From: Candidatus Hodarchaeota archaeon
GTDB lineage: Archaea; Asgardarchaeota; Heimdallarchaeia; Hodarchaeales; Hodarchaeaceae
NCBI GenBank assembly: GCA_029856365.1
Contig: JAHQWW010000017.1
Location: 1-51,413, forward strand
DNA length: 51,413 nucleotides
Direction: 5' to 3'
Below, piece after piece: positions 19,512 to 28,828 of the stretch. The position numbers and the translations under genes were made by a program. Every line of letters begins with the position of its first letter. Within the stretch, counting starts at the first letter, position 1. The notes beneath the pieces were generated by a model. That model did not search any database and was not told the origin of the DNA. It saw nothing but the letters and a program-made list of their open reading frames with translations.

Positions 19512-19843
19512 GGAAGAGCATTCGAGAGAAAAGAAAGATCCACTATAAAGCGTTTCTGAAAGATATAATTTAATATTTCTTTCTAGTAAAATCAGTACTA
19601 ATTAAAAACCAAAAGAATTTCTAAGGGTGTTACGGATTCCCAGACCGAAACACGACCGTGTTGGAAGAGGGAGTTATTCCATCTCTGTTAAAATGTTTTT
19701 TCATTCTATTGTCATTTAAGAACAATAATTATATCAGATTGATTTCTTAGGTGGCTATAAAAAAGTGTCTAATTTTCTTGTTGGTCAATAATAACACCTC
19801 TGGAACCTATATCTTTAGAGAATGACCTTTTTTCCGAACACTC

Positions 19844-20203
19844 GTGCGTCTTATGCCCTCTGTTGATAAAATTCTGACCTCGAGAAATGAACTTCTTGAA
19901 CATTTACAGATATTCTTCAAAGAAAGATTGAATTTTTCTAATAGAAATTCCTTCTCATCAGCTTCTTTTTCATTATACTCTTATCAAGAACCCTCTTTTG
20001 ATAAACATACTGTTGGATCTTTTCATGAATCATCAGTACAGAATTATTGTCCTTATAATAATTCCAAAAATAAGTCTTTCAGAAAACTAATTCAAGAATC
20101 TCAAATTTCACCTCTCAATATGAACAACTGCTTGTTTAATAATTATTCACAAAACTTGAAGAAAAATTCATTGAGAGATTTGAGGCAATCCTGCCATGAA
20201 TGA
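19844..20203 (+). CDS. Hypothetical protein (Ser/Asn-rich), antisense to the liu cluster
   Basis: ORF track; overlaps the next ORF via ATGAATGA. Confidence 0.3.
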   Translation: MRLMPSVDKILTSRNELLEHLQIFFKERLNFSNRNSFSSASFSLYSYQEPSFDKHTVGSFHESSVQNYCPYNNSKNKSFRKLIQESQISPLNMNNCLFNNYSQNLKKNSLRDLRQSCHE

Positions 20204-20543
20204 CAAGCTAGAATCATATTCCGATTTCTATGAATGTTCGCTCCAACTGGTTCCATGGACTAAAGGAACAGATCTACTGGGAAACACCTTTAAACAGGTT
20301 AAAGCACAGGCGATGACTCTTTGTCAGTTACTACATTGGAAGCATAATTACTTATTATTTCCCAAACCAACCTTAATTACTGCTCAAACCTTTGTATTTT
20401 GGATACACACTTTTATTCTTGATTCAGCTTTACGTCTTACAGGAGTACAGGGTGGATTTAAAGTGGCTCAAAAAAAGCCTCTACTCCCTGATTCTTCGAC
20501 CTATAAGGGAAAAAAACGTCGGGTCCTGAAAAAAATCGATTAA
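20196..20543 (+). CDS. Hypothetical protein with basic C-terminal tail
   Basis: ORF track; start overlaps the previous stop. Confidence 0.4.
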   Translation: MNDKLESYSDFYECSLQLVPWTKGTDLLGNTFKQVKAQAMTLCQLLHWKHNYLLFPKPTLITAQTFVFWIHTFILDSALRLTGVQGGFKVAQKKPLLPDSSTYKGKKRRVLKKID

Positions 20544-20730
20544 ACATTATGGCTGTAATAATCAATAATCCAATAGTAAAAGTTTTCTTTCAATCCTTCC
20601 CTTTACTTTCATTTTCTTCCATATTCCAAATTAATTCAAAAAAAAATCAAATTATTATCATTGGAATTCTTAAATTAACCCTTCGATGAAAAAATTTCTT
20701 TATTCCATCCTTATTTTCTTCCATATGCCA

Positions 20731-21249
20731 TTAACCTTCTTCTATTTCGATTAATGGCACATTGGCTTCAATCTGATCCCCTTCAGGAAAAAAAACTTTT
20801 TTTACTGTTCCATCAAAGGGCGCAGCGATTTTATTCTCCATTTTCATGGCTTCAACCACAATGAGATCTTGACCTTTTTTCACGCGGTCTCCAGGCTTAA
20901 CCAACAATTTTACAATTCTGCCAGGCATAGGACTAGATAAACTCCCTAAATCTTCTTCCGCTTCACCGAACTCTTCCGCAGTTTCGCTAACCCGCGTTAT
21001 TTCGTAGTCTTCACCATCTAAATGAATGAATCTAACATCGCCATCTTTAGCTACCGAACATTTGTAGATAACATTGTCCAAAGAAAATTGAAATTGGCCA
21101 GTACCAAGGACTTTAGCACTAACTTGAAGCTCCTTCTCCTCTGCTCCATCCCCCCTATGAATCATTACTACATATGAATTGTTTTTATTCCGACGAAGTC
21201 GAACTTCAAACCTGTGTTTACCATCATCGAAATTAAAAACTTCGCTCAT
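20731..21249 (-). CDS. Biotin carboxyl carrier protein (BT + biotinyl domains of a split MCC alpha subunit)
   Basis: SPMPG and EAMKMEN biotinylation motif. Confidence 0.93.
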   Translation of the reverse strand: MSEVFNFDDGKHRFEVRLRRNKNNSYVVMIHRGDGAEEKELQVSAKVLGTGQFQFSLDNVIYKCSVAKDGDVRFIHLDGEDYEITRVSETAEEFGEAEEDLGSLSSPMPGRIVKLLVKPGDRVKKGQDLIVVEAMKMENKIAAPFDGTVKKVFFPEGDQIEANVPLIEIEEG

Positions 21250-21257
21250 GGTTGCTC

Positions 21258-22958
21258 CTACTTTTCATCCTTGTTAAGTTTCCACGAGCCTAAGCTTCTC
21301 CAAGGAGAGAAAGGATCTGAATCAGGGAGGAATGAGGATCCAATATCTTTTCCTTTGACTGGAATAATCTTCTTAATAGCCTTTTTCCCTCTACCTAAGG
21401 TGCCAGTTATTTTATCTGAAATTACATCAAGACTTTCTCGGCCCCATGTTCCCATTTTTCGCCAGATCACCGTTGAATGCTGATCTATACCATTTAACAC
21501 TACGGATGCGTTGACATCGTTACCTGTTGTCATAAAAGGTTCCATTACCTCAAAAAGGGCGGCTGCTAATAAGACTTCATTGGGGGTTTCTTTATATTCT
21601 CTCCACTTATAGAAATGAGCATCGACAAAGTCAGTATGAGTATCCCCAGACAGAAAATTGGGATGGTTGAGAACCTCTTTTAAAAAGGGGATATTAGTCT
21701 TCACTCCTTGAGCAGAGTAATTACGTAACGCCCAACGCATTTTTTGAATTGCTTCTTCGCGATTCTCAGCTTGGACAATTAATTTTGCAATCATAGAGTC
21801 GTAAAACGTAGAAACTTCCCCTCCGGAAGTAGGTATTCCCAAATCAGTGCGAATATTGACACCAACAGGAAATTGCATCTGGTAAATCTTCCCTGCAGTA
21901 GGCATGAACTGTTTTTCTGGATTTTCTGCATAAATACGGAATTCTAATGCATGACCTCGTCCAAGTACATCCTCTTGTTTCAATGTAATCTCTTGGCCAG
22001 CTGCTATTTTGATTTGCCATTTGACAAGATCTACACCTGTGGTAGCTTCGGTAATCGTGTGTTCCACTTGTAATCGAGCATTAATTTCCATAAAATAAAA
22101 ATTATTATCCTGATCAAGAATAAATTCAACGGAGCCAGCGTTAGTATAATTTACTGCGCGAGCGGCAGCAATGGCTACCTCTCCCATCTGTTTCCTCAAA
22201 TCGTCATCCAACGCCATAGAAGGTGTTTCTTCAATGATTTTCTGATGACGTCGTTGGATTGAACACTCCCGTTCATTTAAATGAATGATATTCCCAAAAT
22301 GATCTCCTAAAATTTGAAACTCTATATGACGTATATGTTCAAAGTATTTTTCGAGAAAAACATCACCATTGCCAAAAGCAGCTTTAGCTTCTCGGCGGGC
22401 ACTATCATACAAAGAAAAAAACTCTTCTTTAGAGTTAACAATCCGCATACCCCGTCCCCCACCACCAGCAGCAGCTTTAATTAAGAGTGGAAAACCAATT
22501 TCTTGAGCTTTCTTCAAGAGGTATTTTTTGTTACGAGATCCTCCATGATAACCTGGAATGACTGGAATATTTGCAGCTTTCATTGTTTTTTTGGCCTGAA
22601 TCTTATCACCAACCGCATGGAGAGCTTCAGGGGTGGGACCAATCCAAATCAATCCTGCATCAATGACTTTCTTCGCGAATTCGGCATTTTCAGATAAAAA
22701 ACCATATCCAGGATGAATGGCTTCTGATCCACTCTCGAGAGCTACATTGATGATTTTATTCATATTCAGATAACTTTCAGATGGCTTAGGATCTCCCAGA
22801 GGATAAGCAAAATCTGCAGCATGAACCTGAACGGCATCCTCATCGACATCAGAATAGACAGCAACGGTTTCGATTCCCATCTCTTGAGCAGAACCAATAA
22901 CTCGACTGGCGATTTCTCCTCTATTAGCAACGAGAATCCGATTAAACATGAAAACCAC
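21258..22958 (-). CDS. Biotin carboxylase (acyl-CoA carboxylase alpha, N-terminal part)
   Basis: ANRGEIA, HPGYGFLSEN, GGGGRGMR, ERECSIQRRHQK, EMINARLQVEH-type motif and YDSMIAKL. Confidence 0.95.
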   Translation of the reverse strand: MVFMFNRILVANRGEIASRVIGSAQEMGIETVAVYSDVDEDAVQVHAADFAYPLGDPKPSESYLNMNKIINVALESGSEAIHPGYGFLSENAEFAKKVIDAGLIWIGPTPEALHAVGDKIQAKKTMKAANIPVIPGYHGGSRNKKYLLKKAQEIGFPLLIKAAAGGGGRGMRIVNSKEEFFSLYDSARREAKAAFGNGDVFLEKYFEHIRHIEFQILGDHFGNIIHLNERECSIQRRHQKIIEETPSMALDDDLRKQMGEVAIAAARAVNYTNAGSVEFILDQDNNFYFMEINARLQVEHTITEATTGVDLVKWQIKIAAGQEITLKQEDVLGRGHALEFRIYAENPEKQFMPTAGKIYQMQFPVGVNIRTDLGIPTSGGEVSTFYDSMIAKLIVQAENREEAIQKMRWALRNYSAQGVKTNIPFLKEVLNHPNFLSGDTHTDFVDAHFYKWREYKETPNEVLLAAALFEVMEPFMTTGNDVNASVVLNGIDQHSTVIWRKMGTWGRESLDVISDKITGTLGRGKKAIKKIIPVKGKDIGSSFLPDSDPFSPWRSLGSWKLNKDEK

Positions 22959-23108
22959 ATTAATACTTTTCTGAGCTGAGGATTGAGCCTTTATTACTAG
23001 TCTACTAGGTTAGGATCGGATGAAGATCATTCTGGGATCTCCATAAGTTGGAGTCCATCAGATGTTCATAAAAATAACCATTCGTAAGGGATAAATAAAG
23101 GTTTGCTC

Positions 23109-23140
23109 ATACATATAAGTCATAGGGGTCTTATATGTAT
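23109..23140. promoter_or_regulatory. Perfect 11-bp inverted repeat ATACATATAAG-N10-CTTATATGTAT in a divergent intergenic region
   Basis: Seen directly between the biotin carboxylase gene (-) and the NfeD/flotillin operon (+). Confidence 0.55.
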
Positions 23141-23612
23141 ACGTGATATGGGTGTCATTGATTCTTGCTTTAAATTGGATGAAACGACATTTGGTATCTT
23201 TAAACTGTTTTAATAATTGTACATGAGATTTAAAAGGTATGATCCCCAATTTAGGCAGCAAATTCGTCAATATTCATCGATTAATATGTAATTTCCCAAG
23301 TATTCCTGGAAATACGTAATTTATTACTGGATACTTTCTTACAATTCTTGACCCCGTCCTTTTTATTATTTACGTAGAATACTTCTTATAACTCTATGAG
23401 CTCAAAGAATTTTAATATACAATTACTAATGATATATTTCAAATTTTATCTTAATTTATACAATAAAAGCAAATTTAGATAATAATTTCAAGATAATAAG
23501 AATAAAAGGGTTTGAAGTGAGTAAAAATCTTTCGTTAATTTGAGGTTATGTTCTATATCAAGGTGAAGTTCTGCAAGGCAAAAATATAAGAAGGCTTATA
23601 ACCCAAGAGGAA

Positions 23613-24398
23613 GTGAACAACATGGCACCAATCGATTTTAACCTTCTCTTATTAATCCTAAAACAGATTTGTTTGGGCAGCTTGATCTCTGGATTAATCA
23701 TTTTCTTTCTAACACTCTTCCTTCAAGGGAGTCATTTATTTCACTATGGTGCTGATCTCGATCACGATATTGATCATGATGTTTCTTTAGATCATGGGGT
23801 CGCTTTAGATAAGGATTTTTCTTTAGATCATGATGTTTCTCTCGATGTTGATGCAGATGTTGATATCGATACCGATGTTGGTATTCATATGGACCATGAC
23901 GCTAGCGTTGGTGTTGACAAACATCTTGGTTTAGATGATCATGGTGTAGACACTCCAGCACCATTAATGCTTTTACTAGGAACGTTTATGATAACCTTTG
24001 GGGGTTCAGGTACAGTTTTAATAGAAGCTGCTATTCATCCCTTGATTCTGGTTGTAATCATTTTTGGGTTGCCATTTGTTACCACTTATCTTGTTTCTAA
24101 GATTTGGGAGAAAATTGCTGTCTCAGAAATTTATGAAACCGCTTTAGAAACCATAAAGGCCGATGATCCAGTCAAGACACTGACTACTGTTGATGAAAAA
24201 GGTGGCCTCGTAGTAATTGAAACCTCCTCAGTTCATGGGCCCGTCAAAATGGCCGCTAAAACCAAGTATGGGGCGATTGCTAGAGGTATGACCGCCTATG
24301 TCGTTGAAATCCAAGAAAACACACTAATTATAGATGAATGGTCTTCGACAGAAACAGAAAAAAAGCTAATTCCCGAAGGTACTGTAAAATGGGAGTGA
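23613..24398 (+). CDS. NfeD/YqiJ-like membrane protein with His/Asp-rich repeat loop and C-terminal OB-fold
   Basis: TM, DHD repeats, two further TM, then an OB-like C-terminus (IARGMTAYVVEIQENTLII); immediately upstream of the SPFH gene. Confidence 0.75.
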   Translation: MNNMAPIDFNLLLLILKQICLGSLISGLIIFFLTLFLQGSHLFHYGADLDHDIDHDVSLDHGVALDKDFSLDHDVSLDVDADVDIDTDVGIHMDHDASVGVDKHLGLDDHGVDTPAPLMLLLGTFMITFGGSGTVLIEAAIHPLILVVIIFGLPFVTTYLVSKIWEKIAVSEIYETALETIKADDPVKTLTTVDEKGGLVVIETSSVHGPVKMAAKTKYGAIARGMTAYVVEIQENTLIIDEWSSTETEKKLIPEGTVKWE

Positions 24399-24418
24399 GA
24401 GAAACTTAAAGCAAATTT

Positions 24419-25723
24419 TTGGTGAAAAAAATGAAAAAAGAATTATTTTATATTGGTGGTTTGTTTATTGGTTTTGTTGCTGTTGCCATAGTGATTATGG
24501 CTGCGGCTCCTCAACTAATTCCTTATATCTCGATAGCTTTCGTCTTTCTATTCTTATTATTTCTTTTCTTCATCATATTTTATCTCTCTCGATTTAAAAA
24601 ATTTAAAACCAATGAATATGTCATTCATTTCCGACGTGGACAAGTTAAACGAGCTGGTACAGGTGGGACTGTGATACTCTGGCCTGTCTTCGATGAAGTA
24701 ATAGTTATTCCTACTACTGTTCAACAAACCTTATTGGAAGCTCGTGAAAAAGTTGTTTCTTATGAATACCAAGATGTCGCATTAACCGCATTTGTCTATT
24801 GGAGAGTTACAAATCCCGAGATTTCCTTTTCTAAAGTAAGTTGGAACCCTGCACGATCTGATTATGTTGAAAAGGCAATTAAAAATGCCACTGAGGCAAT
24901 TATTCGAACGACATGTGCTAATATGAAAATAGAGCAAATTATTCGTAATCGTGTAGAGATCATCAAAAATGTTACTACAGAACTTCATGCGCTTGCTGGA
25001 GATTGGGGGGTAACTATTGAATCTATTGAAATCCGAGATGTCGAAGTCCTTGATGACCGACTCAAAGACAATTTAGAAGCTGTGAAAAAGATCGAAGAAG
25101 CACAGAATGCACAACTTCGGCAAGCTGAAATGGAAGAACGTGTTCAACTCCGTAACCTTGATGTGCGACAAAAAACAGGCATGTCAGACCAAGAGGTTAA
25201 ACTTTCTATCGAAACAAAAGCTAAAAAGAGAGAAATTCAAATCGCTCAATTAGAGCAAGAGCGCGCAATAATTGCAGCTGAAACAGAACGTCGACAAAAA
25301 CAAATCAACGCAGAAGCAGAAAAATACCTTAGAGTCACACAGGAAGTCGGTGTAGAAGCTGAACGTATTCGTCAACAAGCGGAGGCACGTAAAGACCAAT
25401 TACTAGCAGAAGCAGAAGGTGAAGCTGCTAAGATCACTCAGACTCAAATTGCTCTAGCTAAGGGAATTCTTGAACAGGCAAAGGCCTTAAGTCAAGCAGA
25501 CGAAAAATATATTCAGTTAAAGACGTTGGATATGCTTCCTGAAGTTTTTAAGAATATCAACGTAGATCGAATGATATTACTTGGAGAAGGACAAGATGCA
25601 TATAAATCTGTAGCACAAATGATTCTCCCCTTCATGGAGCTAGCTAAAGAAGTGGGGTTAACAGGAGGAAAAGTACCAGCAAGTAATCCTGAAAAACAAA
25701 AAAGAAAACGTAATTCGAGCTGA
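24419..25723 (+). CDS. SPFH/flotillin-family membrane protein
   Basis: Two N-terminal TM, band-7 domain (WGVTIESIEIRDV), and an AE-rich coiled coil (AEAEGEAA). ATG at 24431 is a likely alternative start. Confidence 0.9.
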   Translation: MVKKMKKELFYIGGLFIGFVAVAIVIMAAAPQLIPYISIAFVFLFLLFLFFIIFYLSRFKKFKTNEYVIHFRRGQVKRAGTGGTVILWPVFDEVIVIPTTVQQTLLEAREKVVSYEYQDVALTAFVYWRVTNPEISFSKVSWNPARSDYVEKAIKNATEAIIRTTCANMKIEQIIRNRVEIIKNVTTELHALAGDWGVTIESIEIRDVEVLDDRLKDNLEAVKKIEEAQNAQLRQAEMEERVQLRNLDVRQKTGMSDQEVKLSIETKAKKREIQIAQLEQERAIIAAETERRQKQINAEAEKYLRVTQEVGVEAERIRQQAEARKDQLLAEAEGEAAKITQTQIALAKGILEQAKALSQADEKYIQLKTLDMLPEVFKNINVDRMILLGEGQDAYKSVAQMILPFMELAKEVGLTGGKVPASNPEKQKRKRNSS

Positions 25724-25730
25724 TAAATAA

Positions 25731-25759
25731 CTCTTCAAATCAAGGAGGGATTTTTTTTT
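25731..25759 (+). terminator. Weak hairpin plus U-tract terminator after flotillin
   Basis: CTCTTC-aaatcaa-GGAGGG followed by T9. Confidence 0.45.
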
Positions 25760-25772
25760 CAAAACATTTAAG

Positions 25773-26813
25773 TCATCGGACATCTCCGAAGAGTACATTT
25801 CGAGAAATCCTAATTGATTCCTTCCTTTGTCTCATCCGAGAAAATCCCCCCTCAATCCAGTTCTTTGCATCACCAGGACGATCGATTCTTCGGTAAATAG
25901 ACCCAATTGTAAGATATAGTATCGAGTCGTCTTTGAGCTGGTTTGCTCGTATATAGAACTCAATAGCTTTTTCATATTCGAGTATTTGTTGAGAGGTTAG
26001 TGCCTTCCAATAGAAGAGATTACCGATTCTTACTAGAATGGAAGGTTCCACGATCTCTCTTACTGTTTCCTTATCTTCCCCATCTAGCCTAGCTAGAACC
26101 TTCTCATATCGGGAAATCAATGGTAATATCTTTATAAAATCTTCAGGTTTAATAGTTGGGCGCATATAGAAGGCTCCCTCCAATATTGGTGTGTCTGTAA
26201 AAACCATGAATTCATCCAACAATTTAGCCATTGATGTTTGGATTTGAGTTATTTCTCGTATTAGTCCTGAAAGAATCTGATGACGATCATGAACAACTTT
26301 AAGTCGCTCTAAATCCGCAGCAGATTGTTTAATAGCTACAGGAGTACTTGTTCCCTCCCTGGTTGCTACTATGCTTTCAATATTAGTATAAATCTCCTTC
26401 AAAACCTCGGCTGTTAAATTTTCTTGTTTTTTAACAGGTTCGAGGATTCTTGACATTACTCGTTCAATTATTTCATAACTTGATAGCACTTTTTGTTTTG
26501 TCTCACGGAGAAACAGAAGAAAAATAGTGCAATATCGACCAGATGCTTGAATACGAGGATCAACCGAGGTGGAAGAAGAAACCATGAATGGATAAGCTAA
26601 AGCTAATTCCTTGCGACCAGGAACTGGGAAAGAACCATGAAGCTGATTCAATTGATCTTGACTCTCACCTAAACCGAGCGCGGTCATAAGAGAGATACTG
26701 AGTTTCATCGCACTCGTATCATCTAACTTTGAGAGATTAAACTCTGTCATTGGCCCTGTATCTGCCATTACTGTAAGTATTATCCCTTCAAAAAGCATTC
26801 TTACACCAGACAC
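25773..26813 (-). CDS. Longin/uDENN-like N-terminal domain plus C-terminal TPR protein
   Basis: GIILTVMADTGP...HGSFPVPG...ALAYPF...DPRI...RYCTIFLLF, then TPR-like IGNLFYW...YEKAIEFYIRA...LYLTIGSIY. Confidence 0.55.
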   Translation of the reverse strand: MSGVRMLFEGIILTVMADTGPMTEFNLSKLDDTSAMKLSISLMTALGLGESQDQLNQLHGSFPVPGRKELALAYPFMVSSSTSVDPRIQASGRYCTIFLLFLRETKQKVLSSYEIIERVMSRILEPVKKQENLTAEVLKEIYTNIESIVATREGTSTPVAIKQSAADLERLKVVHDRHQILSGLIREITQIQTSMAKLLDEFMVFTDTPILEGAFYMRPTIKPEDFIKILPLISRYEKVLARLDGEDKETVREIVEPSILVRIGNLFYWKALTSQQILEYEKAIEFYIRANQLKDDSILYLTIGSIYRRIDRPGDAKNWIEGGFSRMRQRKESIRISRNVLFGDVR

Positions 26814-27102
26814 ATAACTGCCTTAAAATACGATCTTGAATTTATTTTTCGTTCTACTTCATCTTGCTGTTGTTGGAACAACAATCACTTACGATTGATT
26901 AAAAATGTTTGCAATTCATCGACTTATTGAGAGTGTCAAACTTTTACAGGACTATATCCTTTAAAAACAGCTTTTTTTTAGGGGTCAGTTTTCACAGATT
27001 AATTCTGATAACAACAAGTAGAGGAATTTTTGGTAAATTGCGAGTACTAGCGAAAAAGATTAGGAAAATTCACTCATTTCAGAAAAAAAGCATTTCTGTA
27101 TT

Positions 27103-28671
27103 TTACCCTCTCCTCTTAATTTTAACCTCCTTTCGAGGAGGACTAGGTAAATCGCGTTCGACCCTGCGGAGCTTTTTCCGTGTGAAATCAGTGAGAGCAC
27201 GATTAAATGTCGCTTGATCAGTTGTTACTCTTTTATAACTTCCAAGGGTGGGGGAATATAGGGATTTAACACCCAATTGAAATGTGTTTATTAGATTCCA
27301 AGAATTTCTAATGGCAAGTAAATCGTAAAGGTAGTAAGCAGCATCCATTAATTCAATAGCACGTTTTCTAGTTTCAAGATCTAATTCAAAAACTTGAGGC
27401 CGGTTTAAGATTTCCAAGAGAACTTGGATAAGTTCGACAATTTCATCAAGATCAACCTGTAATGGTTCTTTTTTCTCAAAATATGTTATCAATAGGTTGA
27501 ATTCGGTTATTAATCGGTCTAGTTGGTATTTCAACAACTTTGTACTTCTTACAAACTTTCGTTTATCCAATTTTCGTATCAATAGTTTTATATTACGAAG
27601 AGACGACTCAGGCTTAGAGGTTTTAAACCCTAAGCGTTTTAAAAATCGTGCTAACCTTCCATCAACACGTAATTGTTTTGCCATTTCTTTAGTTGTACTA
27701 ATTCCTTGTTGTTGATGTCGCTCTAATATCTCCTTTATGAAAGTTGTATTAATGTCATCAGCCTTCCCTAATACAGAAAGTAAATAATATGCTTCGAGCA
27801 TGCGAGTCGGGTCTTCTATCTTTTGAACATCTTTCCTCAAAAATGAACTCAAAACTAGACGGTCACTCTCAGATAAAAGGTCTAATTTCCCTAGGCGATG
27901 AATTAGGAAACAGAAAGAAATTACTGAATCTTCAATGAGAGATGTATCTACACCATCATTTATCATTTTAAAGATGAATTCAGAAACTAAATTTTCCAAC
28001 TCTTCATTTGATCCTCCTCCTACTAACAACGTTGAAATATCCATCAATGTACTCAAGCTATTAATTTCGTCACTAGAGTTGGTAAATTTTTGTACTATAC
28101 GAGAGATTTGCATTTCTCCTTCTGTGTTAACTCTTTTTATAAATTCAAATTCTTTTAGGGTATTAAAAACATCTGATGACACTTGTTTCTCTTCTGTGAG
28201 TTCAGTTAGTACTTTTTGAGATGAATCGTGACCTTGAAGACTTCCGTCTAAAAGTCCACTTAACAATTCCTCTGGAATCTCCTCAATACTCTCTTTAACA
28301 AGGCTATATGCTAGAGGAATGGAAATCTTTTCAAGTAATGACTCAACATTATCCAATTTAATCAATATTTGTTGGTGTTCATCACTTAGTTTTTGAGCGC
28401 TGTTAATAATTAGTTGATCCAAGTCCTTACGAGGAGAATAGGCGGATAATTCTTCATAAATTATCTGTCGTATTTCCTCCATATTTTCATTGTTCAATTT
28501 CTTCTTTAGAAAATCTTTCCCAAACTTTGTCTCAATTTTTGAGTCTAGTCGTTCTATCAAAAAGGATTTTGCTAGCTTTCTTTTAGCCATACTAGCAGTA
28601 TAGTCTGTAACAACCTGTCTGACCAAAGCAAAAACGGTTAACCCAACAAAAGGTAAGAAAGGAGCGACCAC
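27103..28671 (-). CDS. Hypothetical alpha-helical protein (522 aa)
   Basis: Long ORF with a hydrophobic N-terminal helix, heptad segments and a basic C-terminus. Confidence 0.8.
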   Translation of the reverse strand: MVAPFLPFVGLTVFALVRQVVTDYTASMAKRKLAKSFLIERLDSKIETKFGKDFLKKKLNNENMEEIRQIIYEELSAYSPRKDLDQLIINSAQKLSDEHQQILIKLDNVESLLEKISIPLAYSLVKESIEEIPEELLSGLLDGSLQGHDSSQKVLTELTEEKQVSSDVFNTLKEFEFIKRVNTEGEMQISRIVQKFTNSSDEINSLSTLMDISTLLVGGGSNEELENLVSEFIFKMINDGVDTSLIEDSVISFCFLIHRLGKLDLLSESDRLVLSSFLRKDVQKIEDPTRMLEAYYLLSVLGKADDINTTFIKEILERHQQQGISTTKEMAKQLRVDGRLARFLKRLGFKTSKPESSLRNIKLLIRKLDKRKFVRSTKLLKYQLDRLITEFNLLITYFEKKEPLQVDLDEIVELIQVLLEILNRPQVFELDLETRKRAIELMDAAYYLYDLLAIRNSWNLINTFQLGVKSLYSPTLGSYKRVTTDQATFNRALTDFTRKKLRRVERDLPSPPRKEVKIKRRG

Positions 28672-28828
28672 AGCTTTTCACTGAGAATCAATATATCAAA
28701 ATCATTTTAAAATATATTCAATCCTTTCTTGGATCAGTAAAATCTTTTCGTATTTATCAATTGAATTGTTACTTTTCAACTCTATTCAAAATGAAAGAGA
28801 TTCAAACAGCTATCAGAGGATTTAACTG

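Noticed and set aside
19844-20543. IS/transposase remnant, or Pop5-like identity for the second ORF
   Set aside because: No DDE/HUH motif or terminal inverted repeats; the GVQGGFKVA resemblance to Pop5 is too short to support.
23058-23270. 70-aa ORF, possibly extended by UGA read-through
   Set aside because: It has a TTG start, is flanked by UGA codons, and gives no recognisable protein in any frame; it may be intergenic or decayed sequence.
26909-27217. 102-aa + strand ORF
   Set aside because: It overlaps the end of the 522-aa gene in antisense, has a TTG start and shows no protein-like features.
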